Positions 6,123 through 15,066 of a DNA stretch of 64,000 nucleotides are shown piece after piece. The stretch spans positions 1,235 through 65,234 of the forward strand of contig SVIT01000002.1 of assembly GCA_015069365.1 (NCBI GenBank), read 5' to 3'. The first letter of the stretch is position 1, and each line of letters begins with the position of its first letter. The notes beneath the pieces were generated by a model, which ran no database searches, was not told where the DNA came from, and was given only the letters and a program-made list of their open reading frames with translations. The stretch is from Clostridiales bacterium (GTDB lineage Bacteria > Bacillota > Clostridia > Christensenellales > Borkfalkiaceae). The position numbers and the translations under genes are program-made.

Positions 6123-8501
6123 TTAATGGGTTGCTTCCAGGAATTCCATTACAACAAGTACTGCGGCGACGTAGTCTAACAATTCAGCTGCTGTACAATC
6201 GCCAAGTTTCGTCTTATCTGTAGGGAAATTGGTCGGAACGAGGGAAATATCCATAAATTCTTTACGGATAGGTGTATTCAACGTTTCCTGATTAAAGCTA
6301 ATCATGCCGTCGTCGGTCAATTCTTGCATGGTTGCCTGGGTTATATTGTTTGTCATATTCGACAACAACTTGCCCATATCGGAGGCAACCTTGTAATCTT
6401 CATCAATTTCTCCTTGGTCGTTGCGGAGCAGGTATTTCCATTCGCCTTTAACCACGCGGTTTTCTTCTGTGACGTAATTACCTTCTTGATCTGTATAATC
6501 GCCGTGTTTTACGGTTACGCCGTTTGCGTCTACGTACGTTTCCGCTTCGTCTTCAGGGAGATATTTATAATAAATGTCATTTTCGAATACTTCGCCAAAG
6601 GTCAGTTCGGCAATAGCGTCAGGCAGGTTTGTGATAGTAGAGTCGGCAACGTGTTTGAATAAGAAGTTGTCTTTTGTAGACTCTTCGCCTAAAATTTCAC
6701 CTATCGTCAAACGTCTGTCCATATAGGAGATAAGATGTTCTTCACCGGAGAGGTCGGCAAGGGTGTGCTTTTTGAATTTGACGGGTTTCGTACGAGCTTC
6801 ATCTTCAAAGAGATAATAGATTTTTCCAGGGCCCTGCTCGGTAGGAATGGTAGCCTCGGGATCAGCCGCTTTGTAGTAATAGGTGACGCCGTGGCTGTCG
6901 ATATAGGTTTGTTTTGTTTCGTCGAGCATGTAACCGTCCGAAGTCATGTCGTAAGTACCGTCTGGATTCTTGGCTTTTTCCTGTAAGAATTCGCCGTATG
7001 CGTTGTAAACGTGCGTTTCCCCGAAGAAATCACGGAGCGCAATGAACTGTTGCTTCATGCGGACAACATCGTTATCGTCAATCTCGAAGTGGATATCTTC
7101 TTTACCGTAGAGCAGATACATAATAACCGCATCGTCATGGGATTCTTCCATGAAGTCCGAGATGAATACGTTGTTGATTAGCGAGTTGCTGTCGTTTCTA
7201 AGATCGCCGATCGTACGAGGAGCGCCATTGAGCATTTTTATTTCTCGTTTACCATCTGCGTTTACGATAATTTCGTAATCGACGTCTTTTTCGCCGTACG
7301 CAAGACCAAACAAGATTGCATGGGGGTCTTGTTCGGGGTCGAAAGGATTGGGTTCGATATGCAATGCGTCTTTGAGGTAGATGTTGTTGATCAAGCTTTG
7401 CGAATCGTCCTGCAAATCCATGACCTTATTCTTTTTGAAAAGGGCGGGTTCGGCTCCTGCTTTAGGTTCTTTATAAGCGTAATAGGTACCTGTGCCGTCG
7501 TCCTTTACGTAATATACGTGTTTTACGATACGGTTGCCGTTGCTATCGAGAACGGGTTCGGACGCAGCATCAGCGCGGTATTGTACAACCTTGATAAATC
7601 CGTCGTCAAGAGTAGTAAGGTCAGCGAGAATGGGTTGACCGTTATAATCGACAAATTTTCCGTCCTCGTTTTTCGTGAGGAATAACTGGTGCATGTAGAC
7701 GGTATCTTTACCTGTTGCATCGGGCGCGATATAAAACGTTACGTCTTCTTTACCGTAGCATACGGAAAGCAATAAGGGGTCATTGGTCGAAGGATGCGCA
7801 ACCGACGCAACGGAAATTTTCCCAAGGAAAGCGGTTGGTTCACCGCTCAACGTTTCAATTGTTGCGGGGGTAATGCCTTCTGTGAGGACGATGTTGCCGT
7901 TAGCGTCATACGTATAATCTTCACCTTCTTCCCCATAGCAAATCTCCAACAGAACGGGCTCAAGGCTCTTATCTCCATTGGTTGCGTCGAGAATGTTTGC
8001 GAGAGGAGTCGTTTTAACTGTATCAAAAAGATAAGGGGCAAGATCCGTAAACGGGGTTTCCAATAACGTTTGCGTTTCGAACTTGATACCAAAGCTATTT
8101 TCCGCGTCTCCCGAAATGTCATCGATAAAATTGCCGATAAAGGGGAAGATTGCGTTTAAGCCCGACAATTTTTTCGCGCCTGCAGCGCTTGCCGTTGCTT
8201 TTGCAATTTCCAGAATCGTTTTATCTCCGTATTTTTCGGAAAGGATCTTATCTTTTACCTTTGCTTCATAATCGACATTCGCCAAGGACAAAACTGATTG
8301 AACGGGGGAGCTGATTGCGTAATAAACACCTCCGACGCATGCACCGATACCGATCACGACGCCTAAAACGAGGGCAAGAATTCTGCCAAGCCAACCGCCT
8401 TTTTTCTTTACAATAACTTTTTCTTCTTTTTCAGGAGGAAAAGTGGGATCAGGCGGTAAAGCTTCTTCTTCAAGGCCGTATTCTTCATAAAAATCAGACA
8501 T
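6123..8501 (-). CDS. Membrane-anchored repeat protein of unknown function
   Basis: Start moved to ATG 8501, with AAGGAG 8 nt upstream. It has an acidic, Pro-rich cytoplasmic N-terminus and one TM helix (ILALVLGVVIGIGACVGGVYYAI). The remaining ~700 aa contain four copies of a hydrophobic-x-YG-(K/E)-ED module and two DSxSLINN motifs. Confidence 0.65.
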   Translation of the reverse strand: MSDFYEEYGLEEEALPPDPTFPPEKEEKVIVKKKGGWLGRILALVLGVVIGIGACVGGVYYAISSPVQSVLSLANVDYEAKVKDKILSEKYGDKTILEIAKATASAAGAKKLSGLNAIFPFIGNFIDDISGDAENSFGIKFETQTLLETPFTDLAPYLFDTVKTTPLANILDATNGDKSLEPVLLEICYGEEGEDYTYDANGNIVLTEGITPATIETLSGEPTAFLGKISVASVAHPSTNDPLLLSVCYGKEDVTFYIAPDATGKDTVYMHQLFLTKNEDGKFVDYNGQPILADLTTLDDGFIKVVQYRADAASEPVLDSNGNRIVKHVYYVKDDGTGTYYAYKEPKAGAEPALFKKNKVMDLQDDSQSLINNIYLKDALHIEPNPFDPEQDPHAILFGLAYGEKDVDYEIIVNADGKREIKMLNGAPRTIGDLRNDSNSLINNVFISDFMEESHDDAVIMYLLYGKEDIHFEIDDNDVVRMKQQFIALRDFFGETHVYNAYGEFLQEKAKNPDGTYDMTSDGYMLDETKQTYIDSHGVTYYYKAADPEATIPTEQGPGKIYYLFEDEARTKPVKFKKHTLADLSGEEHLISYMDRRLTIGEILGEESTKDNFLFKHVADSTITNLPDAIAELTFGEVFENDIYYKYLPEDEAETYVDANGVTVKHGDYTDQEGNYVTEENRVVKGEWKYLLRNDQGEIDEDYKVASDMGKLLSNMTNNITQATMQELTDDGMISFNQETLNTPIRKEFMDISLVPTNFPTDKTKLGDCTAAELLDYVAAVLVVMEFLEATH

Positions 8502-8597
8502 ACTAAGTACTCCTTTTTTAGTTTTTTCCGCTAACGAACAGCGGCTTGTGTTTCTATGATACTGCTTTTTGTTATAATAAGCCAATTATTATATTAC

Positions 8598-8626
8598 ATT
8601 ATAAATGATAGAAAGCAAAAATGCAA
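8598..8626 (-). promoter_or_regulatory. Sigma-A type promoter
   Basis: On the minus strand: TTGCAT (8626-8621), 17-nt spacer, TATAAT (8603-8598). Confidence 0.55.
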
Positions 8627-8633
8627 GTGTTTT

Positions 8634-8675
8634 CAAGAAAAAAAGAGGGGCAGAAACAAGAAAATGTTTCTGCCC
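8634..8675 (-). terminator. Rho-independent terminator of the phosphoribosyltransferase gene
   Basis: GGGCAGAAAC (8648-8657) pairs with GTTTCTGCCC (8666-8675). The A-rich run at 8634-8644 gives a U-tail on the minus strand. Confidence 0.75.
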
Positions 8676-8711
8676 GAGGGGATAATTTCCAAATTGGTAA
8701 ACCAAGAAGTA

Positions 8712-9251
8712 TTATTTGAAGATGGGAATGGTCGCAAGGAAGATGACGTCTTCGCGCTTTGCAGCATCGCCTTCTGCTAAAACGAACGCTTTTTTATGGA
8801 TAATACCGCCTGCTTTTTCAACCAACGCTTCCAAACCGTCCAAGGATGCGCCCGTAGAAACGACGTCATCGACAATACCGACTTTTTTTCCTTTGATAAG
8901 GTCCGTATCGTGTCTGGAAAGGTACAGCTTTTGCGGGGTACCAGTCGTGATGGAGGATTCGATCGTGATCTCAATCCCGTCCTGCATGTACAGCTTTTTA
9001 GATTTTCTCGCTACTGCATAATATCTTTGACCCAGTTCTCTTGCAACGCAATGCGCCAACTGCAAGCCCTTAGATTCTGCCGTGATGATAACTTCGCAAT
9101 CCTGCAGCTTTTCAGCCAATTTTTTTCCGCAATGTTCGGTCATTTCGCTGTCGCCGTGAAGATTGAAAAAAGCAATCCCAATACCGCTGGGAAGGGTAAG
9201 TATAGGTAATTCTGCGTGGAAACCGTCTAAATCAACGGGGTAAACTTTCAT
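8712..9251 (-). CDS. Type I phosphoribosyltransferase family protein (Apt / PurR-C-terminal like)
   Basis: PRPP-binding loop KKVGIVDDVVSTGAS. Size is 179 aa. Confidence 0.75.
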   Translation of the reverse strand: MKVYPVDLDGFHAELPILTLPSGIGIAFFNLHGDSEMTEHCGKKLAEKLQDCEVIITAESKGLQLAHCVARELGQRYYAVARKSKKLYMQDGIEITIESSITTGTPQKLYLSRHDTDLIKGKKVGIVDDVVSTGASLDGLEALVEKAGGIIHKKAFVLAEGDAAKREDVIFLATIPIFK

Positions 9252-9280
9252 AATAAAGTCTCCTTGTATATATTGTCAAT

Positions 9281-9309
9281 ATTATATCATATTCTTTTGA
9301 AAAAGTAAA
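9281..9309 (-). promoter_or_regulatory. Sigma-A type promoter with extended -10
   Basis: On the minus strand: TTTACT (9309-9304), 17-nt spacer, TGaTATAAT ending at 9281. Confidence 0.55.
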
Positions 9310-9374
9310 CGGTATGCGGAAAAAATATTATTTTTTCGTGAAAAAACTTCTTTATCTTCGTCATTCTAACGGTA

Positions 9375-9403
9375 TTGACTTTTTTTCGTATTCATGCTAA
9401 AAT
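9375..9403 (+). promoter_or_regulatory. Sigma-A type promoter with extended -10
   Basis: TTGACT at 9375-9380, 17-nt spacer, TGcTAAAAT at 9395-9403. Confidence 0.6.
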
Positions 9404-9422
9404 AATGGAATAGGAGATGTTT

Positions 9423-10046
9423 ATGAACGAGATCACAGCGATTACGCCGCAGGTGAAAGATAAACGGCGTTGCAATATCTACGTTGACGGGCGGTTTTGC
9501 TGCGGTTTGACCTTGGAGACGACGGTGAAACACCGTTTGAAAGTGGGACAAATCGTCACGGAAGAACGCCTTGCCGAGATTCAGCTCGAAAGCGAGAAAA
9601 ATGCTGCGCTGGATAAAGCGCTGACTCATCTGTCCGCAACCAGAAAAACGGAAAAACAGATTCGGGAATACCTGACGGGGAAAGGATATCTTTCCGCGGT
9701 GGTGGATTATGCCGTGGAAAAGCTGTATTCGTATAATTTCCTCAATGACGGAGATTACGCTGATGCGTACGTAGAGAGCGTTGGGAAGAAAAAAGGCGGT
9801 CGGTTGATTCGTATGGAACTGCGGGGAAAGGGAATTTCCGACGCGGAGATAGACGAGGCTCTTTTTGCGAGAGAAGAGGGGGCGGAAGAGGCTGCTGCAA
9901 AAGAGCTTTTGGCGAAATATATGCGGAACAAAGAAGCGGATAAAACCACCCTGCAAAAGGCGTACAGATACCTTTTAGGAAAAGGGTTTGAACATGACGC
10001 TGTAAAAGCTGCGTTGTCGGGTTTTGAAATGGATGAAGAGGACTAA
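9423..10046 (+). CDS. recX: Recombination regulator RecX
   Basis: The second ATG is preferred because AGGAG at 9412-9416 is 6 nt upstream of it. The layout is RecX-like: N-terminal RCNIYVDGRF, then repeated three-helix modules (KALTHLSATRKTEKQIREYL..., DGDYADAYV...). Confidence 0.8.
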   Translation: MNEITAITPQVKDKRRCNIYVDGRFCCGLTLETTVKHRLKVGQIVTEERLAEIQLESEKNAALDKALTHLSATRKTEKQIREYLTGKGYLSAVVDYAVEKLYSYNFLNDGDYADAYVESVGKKKGGRLIRMELRGKGISDAEIDEALFAREEGAEEAAAKELLAKYMRNKEADKTTLQKAYRYLLGKGFEHDAVKAALSGFEMDEED

Positions 10047-10065
10047 CGATGGGGGCATGTACGAG

Positions 10066-10758
10066 ATGAATGAAATAAATCGGGCGCATTTCGAGTGCTT
10101 ACCGTCTACTCAGGATTACGCAAAATCTCGCCGCGGCGAAGGAAAAGACCTGATTGTAACGGCTGGGGAACAGACGGGCGGAAAAGGTACGAAAGGGAGA
10201 GCGTTTGTCTCTTCCAAAGGCGGTGTGTATTTAACGCGGTTAAAATTTTACGAAAACTTCCCTGCAAGAGATGCGTTTTTGGTGATGGCGAGCGCTGCGG
10301 TCGCAGTGTGTGAAACTTTACGCGAGTACGGCGTTACTCCCATGATTAAATGGGCGAATGACGTGTACGTGAACGATAAAAAAATCTGCGGTATTTTGAT
10401 TGAGAATGTTTTCCGCGGGAATGAGATCGCTTCCTCATTGACGGGGATAGGACTCAACGTTTGCAACCGTCTCCCGAAAGAACTGTCTGGAATTGCAACG
10501 ACTTTGGAAGAAGCGACTGGTAAAATTTTCGACGTGGAAGAGGTAACGACGCGGCTGATAAAAGAACTCTCTATCCCTAGGACTATGCAAGAATATCTTT
10601 CTTACGTGGGGTATATGGGGAGAGAGGCGACGTTGATTTTTGGCGATAGATCAATACATGGTACCCTCCTTTCAGTGGATGAGGAGGGGGGATTGTCGGT
10701 GAAGACGGACGAGGGCGTGCTTCGGGTCACGGCGGCGGAAGTATCCGTCAGATTTTAG
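10066..10758 (+). CDS. birA: Biotin--[acetyl-CoA-carboxylase] ligase, class I (no HTH domain)
   Basis: FECLPSTQDYAK..., the GGKGTKGRAF (GxGRxGR-like) biotin-binding loop, and KWANDVYVNDKKICGILIE. The start is ambiguous (10057 or 10066); the upstream part of track ORF 10024 overlaps recX. Confidence 0.8.
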   Translation: MNEINRAHFECLPSTQDYAKSRRGEGKDLIVTAGEQTGGKGTKGRAFVSSKGGVYLTRLKFYENFPARDAFLVMASAAVAVCETLREYGVTPMIKWANDVYVNDKKICGILIENVFRGNEIASSLTGIGLNVCNRLPKELSGIATTLEEATGKIFDVEEVTTRLIKELSIPRTMQEYLSYVGYMGREATLIFGDRSIHGTLLSVDEEGGLSVKTDEGVLRVTAAEVSVRF

Positions 10759-10767
10759 GAGAGGAAC

Positions 10768-12267
10768 ATGTACGTTTTGACGAACAAACAAATGCGCGCT
10801 GCAGACGAATACACCATAAAAGGGCTGGGTATTCCCTCCCTTACACTGATGGAACGCGCGGGGATAGCGCTTGCTGACGAGGCGGAGGAGATGTCTCCAT
10901 TTGGGAAGATTGTCTGTGTTTGCGGCGGCGGTAACAACGGTGGCGACGGGTTTGTCTGCGCGCGGATTTTGCGCGAACGCGGAAGAACGGTCGAGGTGGT
11001 ATTTTATGCCGAGAAACAATCGTCGGATTGTAAGGTCAACATGGAGAAATGGTTGGCACAGGGCGGTTTGATTACCCCTCGTTTGTTGGGAGAATATAAT
11101 TTGATTGTGGACTGTCTGTATGGGACGGGTTTTCACGGTGCTTTGTCGGAGAAAGACGTGCGAACGGTGGAAGAGATGAATGCCCGCCGCGGCCGCATAA
11201 AAATATTATCGGCGGATATTCCGTCGGGGGTATGCGGTGAGAATGGATTGGCGGACGGTGTTGCAGTGTGTGCGGATAGGACGCTGTGTATCGGTGAGAT
11301 CAAGGCGGGGGTGTTGCTTGGAGACGGGCGGGATTTTGCAGGTGAGATCAAGCGCGCTGATATCGGGATTACGTTGCCTGAGACGGAGCAAACTTATGCA
11401 CGGTTAATGACAAAAGAAGAGTGTGCGGCTATGTTGCCGAAACGAAAAAAGAATTCCCATAAAGGAACCTACGGTCGCGCGGCGATCGTTGCCGGAAGTG
11501 AACAGTACACGGGCGCGGCATACTTGTCTGCGGCGGCGTGTTTGCGGTCGGGGGCAGGGTATACGGCTCTGTTTGTGCCCAAAGGAATATTGCCTTGGTA
11601 TGTATTAAAATTGCCTGAAGCCTTGTTGAAACCGTTAAACGGTGGGGGCATGTACGAGTTTAATGCCAAAACCATGGAAGAATTGTTACCGTATGACAGT
11701 GTTGCATACGGTATGGGTATGGGCGTGTCCAAGGCGGTGGCCGAGGGCGCGGCTTGGTTGATGGAACACTATTCGGGCAAGCTGATTTTGGATGCGGATG
11801 GATTGAATAGTTTGGCCGTTTATAAAAAGGACGAATTACAAAAACTCTTTAAAAATAAAAAGTGCGACGTTTTGTTGACGCCGCACGTCAAAGAGTTTTC
11901 CCGATTAACGGGTATGGAGATAGAGGAGATACTGGCGGGTGGATTGACCGTCGCAAAGGAGTTTGCAAAATCGCATGGTGTCAGCGTACTGTTAAAGGGC
12001 GCGGTCAGCACGGTTACGGACGGAGATAAAATCGCCGTGATTTCGACGGGGAACTCTGGTCAAGCCAAAGGCGGTAGCGGAGACGTGCTCTCGGGTGTGA
12101 TTGCAGGACTTTGCGCGATGGGCGCGTCTGCCTATGACGGCGGTGCGCTCGGCGGTTATATCGCAGGGCGGGCGGCGGAGCTTGCGGCGGTGGAATACGG
12201 GGAATATTCTTTACTCGCTACGGACGTCATCGCATACCTGGGTGGGACGTTTTTGGAAATTCAATAA
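10768..12267 (+). CDS. nnr: Bifunctional NAD(P)H-hydrate repair enzyme (epimerase / ADP-dependent dehydratase)
   Basis: YjeF-N motif CGGGNNGGDG, and a YjeF-C ribokinase-like C-terminal half (HKGTYGRAAIVAGS...GNSGQAKGGSGDVLSG). Confidence 0.9.
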   Translation: MYVLTNKQMRAADEYTIKGLGIPSLTLMERAGIALADEAEEMSPFGKIVCVCGGGNNGGDGFVCARILRERGRTVEVVFYAEKQSSDCKVNMEKWLAQGGLITPRLLGEYNLIVDCLYGTGFHGALSEKDVRTVEEMNARRGRIKILSADIPSGVCGENGLADGVAVCADRTLCIGEIKAGVLLGDGRDFAGEIKRADIGITLPETEQTYARLMTKEECAAMLPKRKKNSHKGTYGRAAIVAGSEQYTGAAYLSAAACLRSGAGYTALFVPKGILPWYVLKLPEALLKPLNGGGMYEFNAKTMEELLPYDSVAYGMGMGVSKAVAEGAAWLMEHYSGKLILDADGLNSLAVYKKDELQKLFKNKKCDVLLTPHVKEFSRLTGMEIEEILAGGLTVAKEFAKSHGVSVLLKGAVSTVTDGDKIAVISTGNSGQAKGGSGDVLSGVIAGLCAMGASAYDGGALGGYIAGRAAELAAVEYGEYSLLATDVIAYLGGTFLEIQ

Positions 12268-12275
12268 ATATAAGC

Positions 12276-13028
12276 TTATTCGTAGCCAAATATTCTCACG
12301 AAGATTGCGGATAAGACCAAAATGCAACCGAATACAAGATAATAATAAGGATAGGGGCTGATAAGGGCAGTCAGCAGAATCAATCCACCCCCGACGAGAA
12401 AACTCTTGGCGTTGGCGCGTGAAAACCAAAGACGGAAACGATGATGTTTTTTATCAGAAGACGTTTCTTCCCCAAGGTACTGGGTGGGAAGAGCGTTTTT
12501 CTCTTTTAAAAGGAAATACACCTTTTCTCCGTCAAAACACTTGATGTTCAGTTTTTCGCAAAGACGGAGAGCTTCATCTTCCAGATGATTGCAAAGAAGA
12601 ATTTTTTTCTTGCTCGTTTTTAATCTAGAAAAGACGAGGATATCGTCGGTGGATACGGGCGCGAGATGAAAGCGCAAAAGATAGAAAGCTTCGTCGGTGC
12701 AGATGCGTAATTTCCCAAAACGCCGTACACCGTTTTCTTTATCAGACAGCCGTTCCAAGAAGAAGCGGGTTTTCCCCTCGTCGCTAAGCATTGCAAGATG
12801 CAACATTAATTTCCCTTTCAACGTTTCGTCTGACTTTTTAAGAAAGAATATTTTGCGCTTGCTTTGTTTTGCGGCGGCGAAAGAGGCGGCGGCGAGCAGT
12901 CCGCATATTCCTGCCAGTAGGTTTGCCATAATCACACTGACTTTCAAAAAACGGAAAAGGACCAGCGTGCATAAAAAGGAAGTAAAAAAAGTAAAAATAA
13001 TATCAGATATAAATGCAGAACGTTTCAT
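12276..13028 (-). CDS. Hypothetical membrane protein (2 N-terminal and 2 C-terminal TM helices around a cytoplasmic domain)
   Basis: Open frame 12276..13076. ATG 13028 is preferred over the TTG at 13076, but there is no clear SD. No family recognised. Confidence 0.5.
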   Translation of the reverse strand: MKRSAFISDIIFTFFTSFLCTLVLFRFLKVSVIMANLLAGICGLLAAASFAAAKQSKRKIFFLKKSDETLKGKLMLHLAMLSDEGKTRFFLERLSDKENGVRRFGKLRICTDEAFYLLRFHLAPVSTDDILVFSRLKTSKKKILLCNHLEDEALRLCEKLNIKCFDGEKVYFLLKEKNALPTQYLGEETSSDKKHHRFRLWFSRANAKSFLVGGGLILLTALISPYPYYYLVFGCILVLSAIFVRIFGYE

Positions 13029-13063
13029 ATTATTATTTTTGACGGATTTTCTGTGTTTTACAC

Positions 13064-13092
13064 TTGAAAAACGCAAAAAAATATAGTATAAT
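13064..13092 (+). promoter_or_regulatory. Sigma-A type promoter
   Basis: TTGAAA at 13064-13069, 17-nt spacer, TATAAT at 13087-13092. Confidence 0.6.
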
Positions 13093-13119
13093 AGAAAAAA
13101 TCACGAAAGGGGAGTGAAT

Positions 13120-14301
13120 ATGCGGATCGGTATTTTCGGGGGCTCGTTTGATCCCGTTCATAACGAACACGTCCGTCTTGCGCGAGAGACGATTGAATGC
13201 CTGCAGTTGGACAGGCTGTTTATCATGCCTGCGCATACGCCTCCTCATAAACCTGACCGTGTACTTTCTTCCAATCAAGATCGGTTGGAGATGTGCCGTT
13301 TGGGGTTTGCCAATGTGAATGGTGCAGTTGTATGCGATTACGAGATCAATAACGGCGGTACCAGTTACACTTATCTTACCTGTCGGTATTTTCGTGAGCT
13401 TTATCCCAATGCGGAGATTTTTTGGCTGGTTGGGACGGATATGTTGCGTGATTTTCCTACATGGAAAAACCCGACTTCGATCTTAAACGACGTGACTCTT
13501 GCCGTTTGCGGACGGAACGAAAAAGAGGGGTGGTGGGAGAAAGAAGAGGAAGATTTTTATCGAATTTTTGGGAAAAAGTTCGTGAGGGTCGATTGTAACG
13601 GCGCGGACGTATCTTCTACCAAAATCCGCGTTTTGGCGGGGGCAGGTATGAGTTTAACCGATTTTATCGACAAAAAAGTAGTGGAATATATCGAGAAAAA
13701 CGGGCTTTATAATATACCGAATGCGAAAGAGGCGCTATCTTTAGAAAAACAATCACGCAGAGAACATAGTGCGCGGGTTGCCTGGATGGCGGCGGCGAGA
13801 GCGTCCAAATTGAAAATATCCGAACGCAAAGCGATTACGTCGGCGCTGTTTCACGATTGCGCTAAAAATTTGTCCCCCGATAGTCCGTACTTAAAAGGTT
13901 TTATTCTTCCAACGGAATGGGGGGAAGTGCCTGCGTCTGTTTGGCATCAGTTTGCAGGGGCGTACGTGGCGGAGCATTCGTTTGGGGTAGAGGATGAGGA
14001 TATCCTCAATGCGATCCGTTATCATACGAGTGGCAGACCGAACATGAGCGCGTTGGAAAAATTGATTTTTCTTGCCGATATGTTGGAAGAAGCGCGTTCT
14101 TACGATTGTGTGGACTTGCTGAGGGGGTTATTCCATAAGGGTAAGGACTTGAATGAGTGTCTGGAAGTGGCGTTGTACGAAACTTTGAGATTTTTGAAAG
14201 AAAAAAACGCGGACGTTTATCCGTTAACGGAACAAGCGTACGCATATATAAAAGAAGAAAACGAAAATATGGGAGATAATTATGGCACAGGTAACCAGTA
14301 A
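13120..14301 (+). CDS. nadD: Nicotinate-nucleotide adenylyltransferase fused to YqeK-type HD-domain hydrolase
   Basis: Start at ATG 13120, with GGGGAG upstream. The N-domain has GIFGGSFDPVHNEH (the (H/T)xGH nucleotidyltransferase motif). The C-terminal half has REHSARVA...ALFHDCAK, an HD domain of YqeK type. Confidence 0.9.
   Translation: MRIGIFGGSFDPVHNEHVRLARETIECLQLDRLFIMPAHTPPHKPDRVLSSNQDRLEMCRLGFANVNGAVVCDYEINNGGTSYTYLTCRYFRELYPNAEIFWLVGTDMLRDFPTWKNPTSILNDVTLAVCGRNEKEGWWEKEEEDFYRIFGKKFVRVDCNGADVSSTKIRVLAGAGMSLTDFIDKKVVEYIEKNGLYNIPNAKEALSLEKQSRREHSARVAWMAAARASKLKISERKAITSALFHDCAKNLSPDSPYLKGFILPTEWGEVPASVWHQFAGAYVAEHSFGVEDEDILNAIRYHTSGRPNMSALEKLIFLADMLEEARSYDCVDLLRGLFHKGKDLNECLEVALYETLRFLKEKNADVYPLTEQAYAYIKEENENMGDNYGTGNQ
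13639..13650 (+). repeat. GGGGCAGGTATG motif copy (inside nadD-yqeK, read as G-A-G-M)
   Basis: Exact 12-mer. The extended copy GGGGGCAGGTATGAGTTTAAC resembles the 11644 copy GGGGGCATGTACGAGTTTAAT. Confidence 0.9.
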
Positions 14302-14668
14302 AGAATTGGCGGTAGCAGTATGTAAGGCATTGGCGGACAAGCGCGGTAAAGATATCGTCGCATTATACGTAAGAGAGAAAACCGACCTTTGCGATTATTT
14401 TATTATCGCGAGCGGTAGCAATGCTCCTCAGATTCGCGCGATGGGAGAAAGAGTGGAAGAGTTGATCGAGAGGGATCTTGGTATCGTGCCTTCCCGTACG
14501 GAAGGGGTGCGCGACGGACGTTGGGCGGTTGTGGACTACGGCGACGTTATCGTGCATATTTTCAATGACGAAACGAGATTGTTCTATCATTTAGAACGCC
14601 TTTGGGCAGACGGGGCAAACCTCGAAAAATACGATGAGGAAAAAGAAGATTTGGTCAGCGGTTCTTAA
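14282..14668 (+). CDS. rsfS: Ribosome silencing factor RsfS
   Basis: DYFIIASGSNAPQIRAM...WAVVDYGDVIVHIFNDETRLFYHLERLW is the RsfS/YbeB signature. It overlaps nadD by 20 nt. Confidence 0.9.
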   Translation: MAQVTSKELAVAVCKALADKRGKDIVALYVREKTDLCDYFIIASGSNAPQIRAMGERVEELIERDLGIVPSRTEGVRDGRWAVVDYGDVIVHIFNDETRLFYHLERLWADGANLEKYDEEKEDLVSGS

Positions 14669-14686
14669 TCGTACTCAAAAATGATA

Positions 14687-14707
14687 GGGGCAGGTATGCG
14701 TTGAATG
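14687..14707 (+). repeat. GGGGCAGGTATGCGTTGAATG motif copy (intergenic, after rsfS)
   Basis: Exact 12-mer plus CGTTGAATG. It creates an SD-N5-ATG-CGT-TGA two-codon ORF. Confidence 0.9.
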
Positions 14708-14709
14708 GG

Positions 14710-15039
14710 TTATTCTGCGGATTTGAAGCGGATTTCTTTTGGCTCGCCGTAAGAGGGTTTTGAGCGGCGCTGCTTTCTTTCCACAATATAATAGATCGGC
14801 TCTTGCGAGGGTTTCTCGGCAGGGGTCGGTTTTTCTTTTTCTTCCTTTTTAGGCACGTTTTTTTGTTTTTGCTGTGCGCGGTATTCCATACCCAACTGTG
14901 CGAGTATGGTAAAATGTACGCCGAATAGACAAAGGGCAAAAAGTAAAATACTCCAAAGCAAGCCTTGCAGGGGCATTGATAATAATAAATGGTTCAAAAA
15001 AGTGTTCATAAGGAGAGTATATATCTTTTGTTCTGTCAT
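14710..15039 (-). CDS. Small hypothetical membrane protein with Lys/Glu-rich tail
   Basis: One clear TM segment (LLWSILLFALCLFGVHFTILAQL) followed by a charged tail. No SD and the start is uncertain. It is the only minus-strand frame here with protein-like composition. Confidence 0.35.
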   Translation of the reverse strand: MTEQKIYTLLMNTFLNHLLLSMPLQGLLWSILLFALCLFGVHFTILAQLGMEYRAQQKQKNVPKKEEKEKPTPAEKPSQEPIYYIVERKQRRSKPSYGEPKEIRFKSAE

Positions 15040-15066
15040 AAAATGGAAAAAAAAGGGTTAGAAAAG

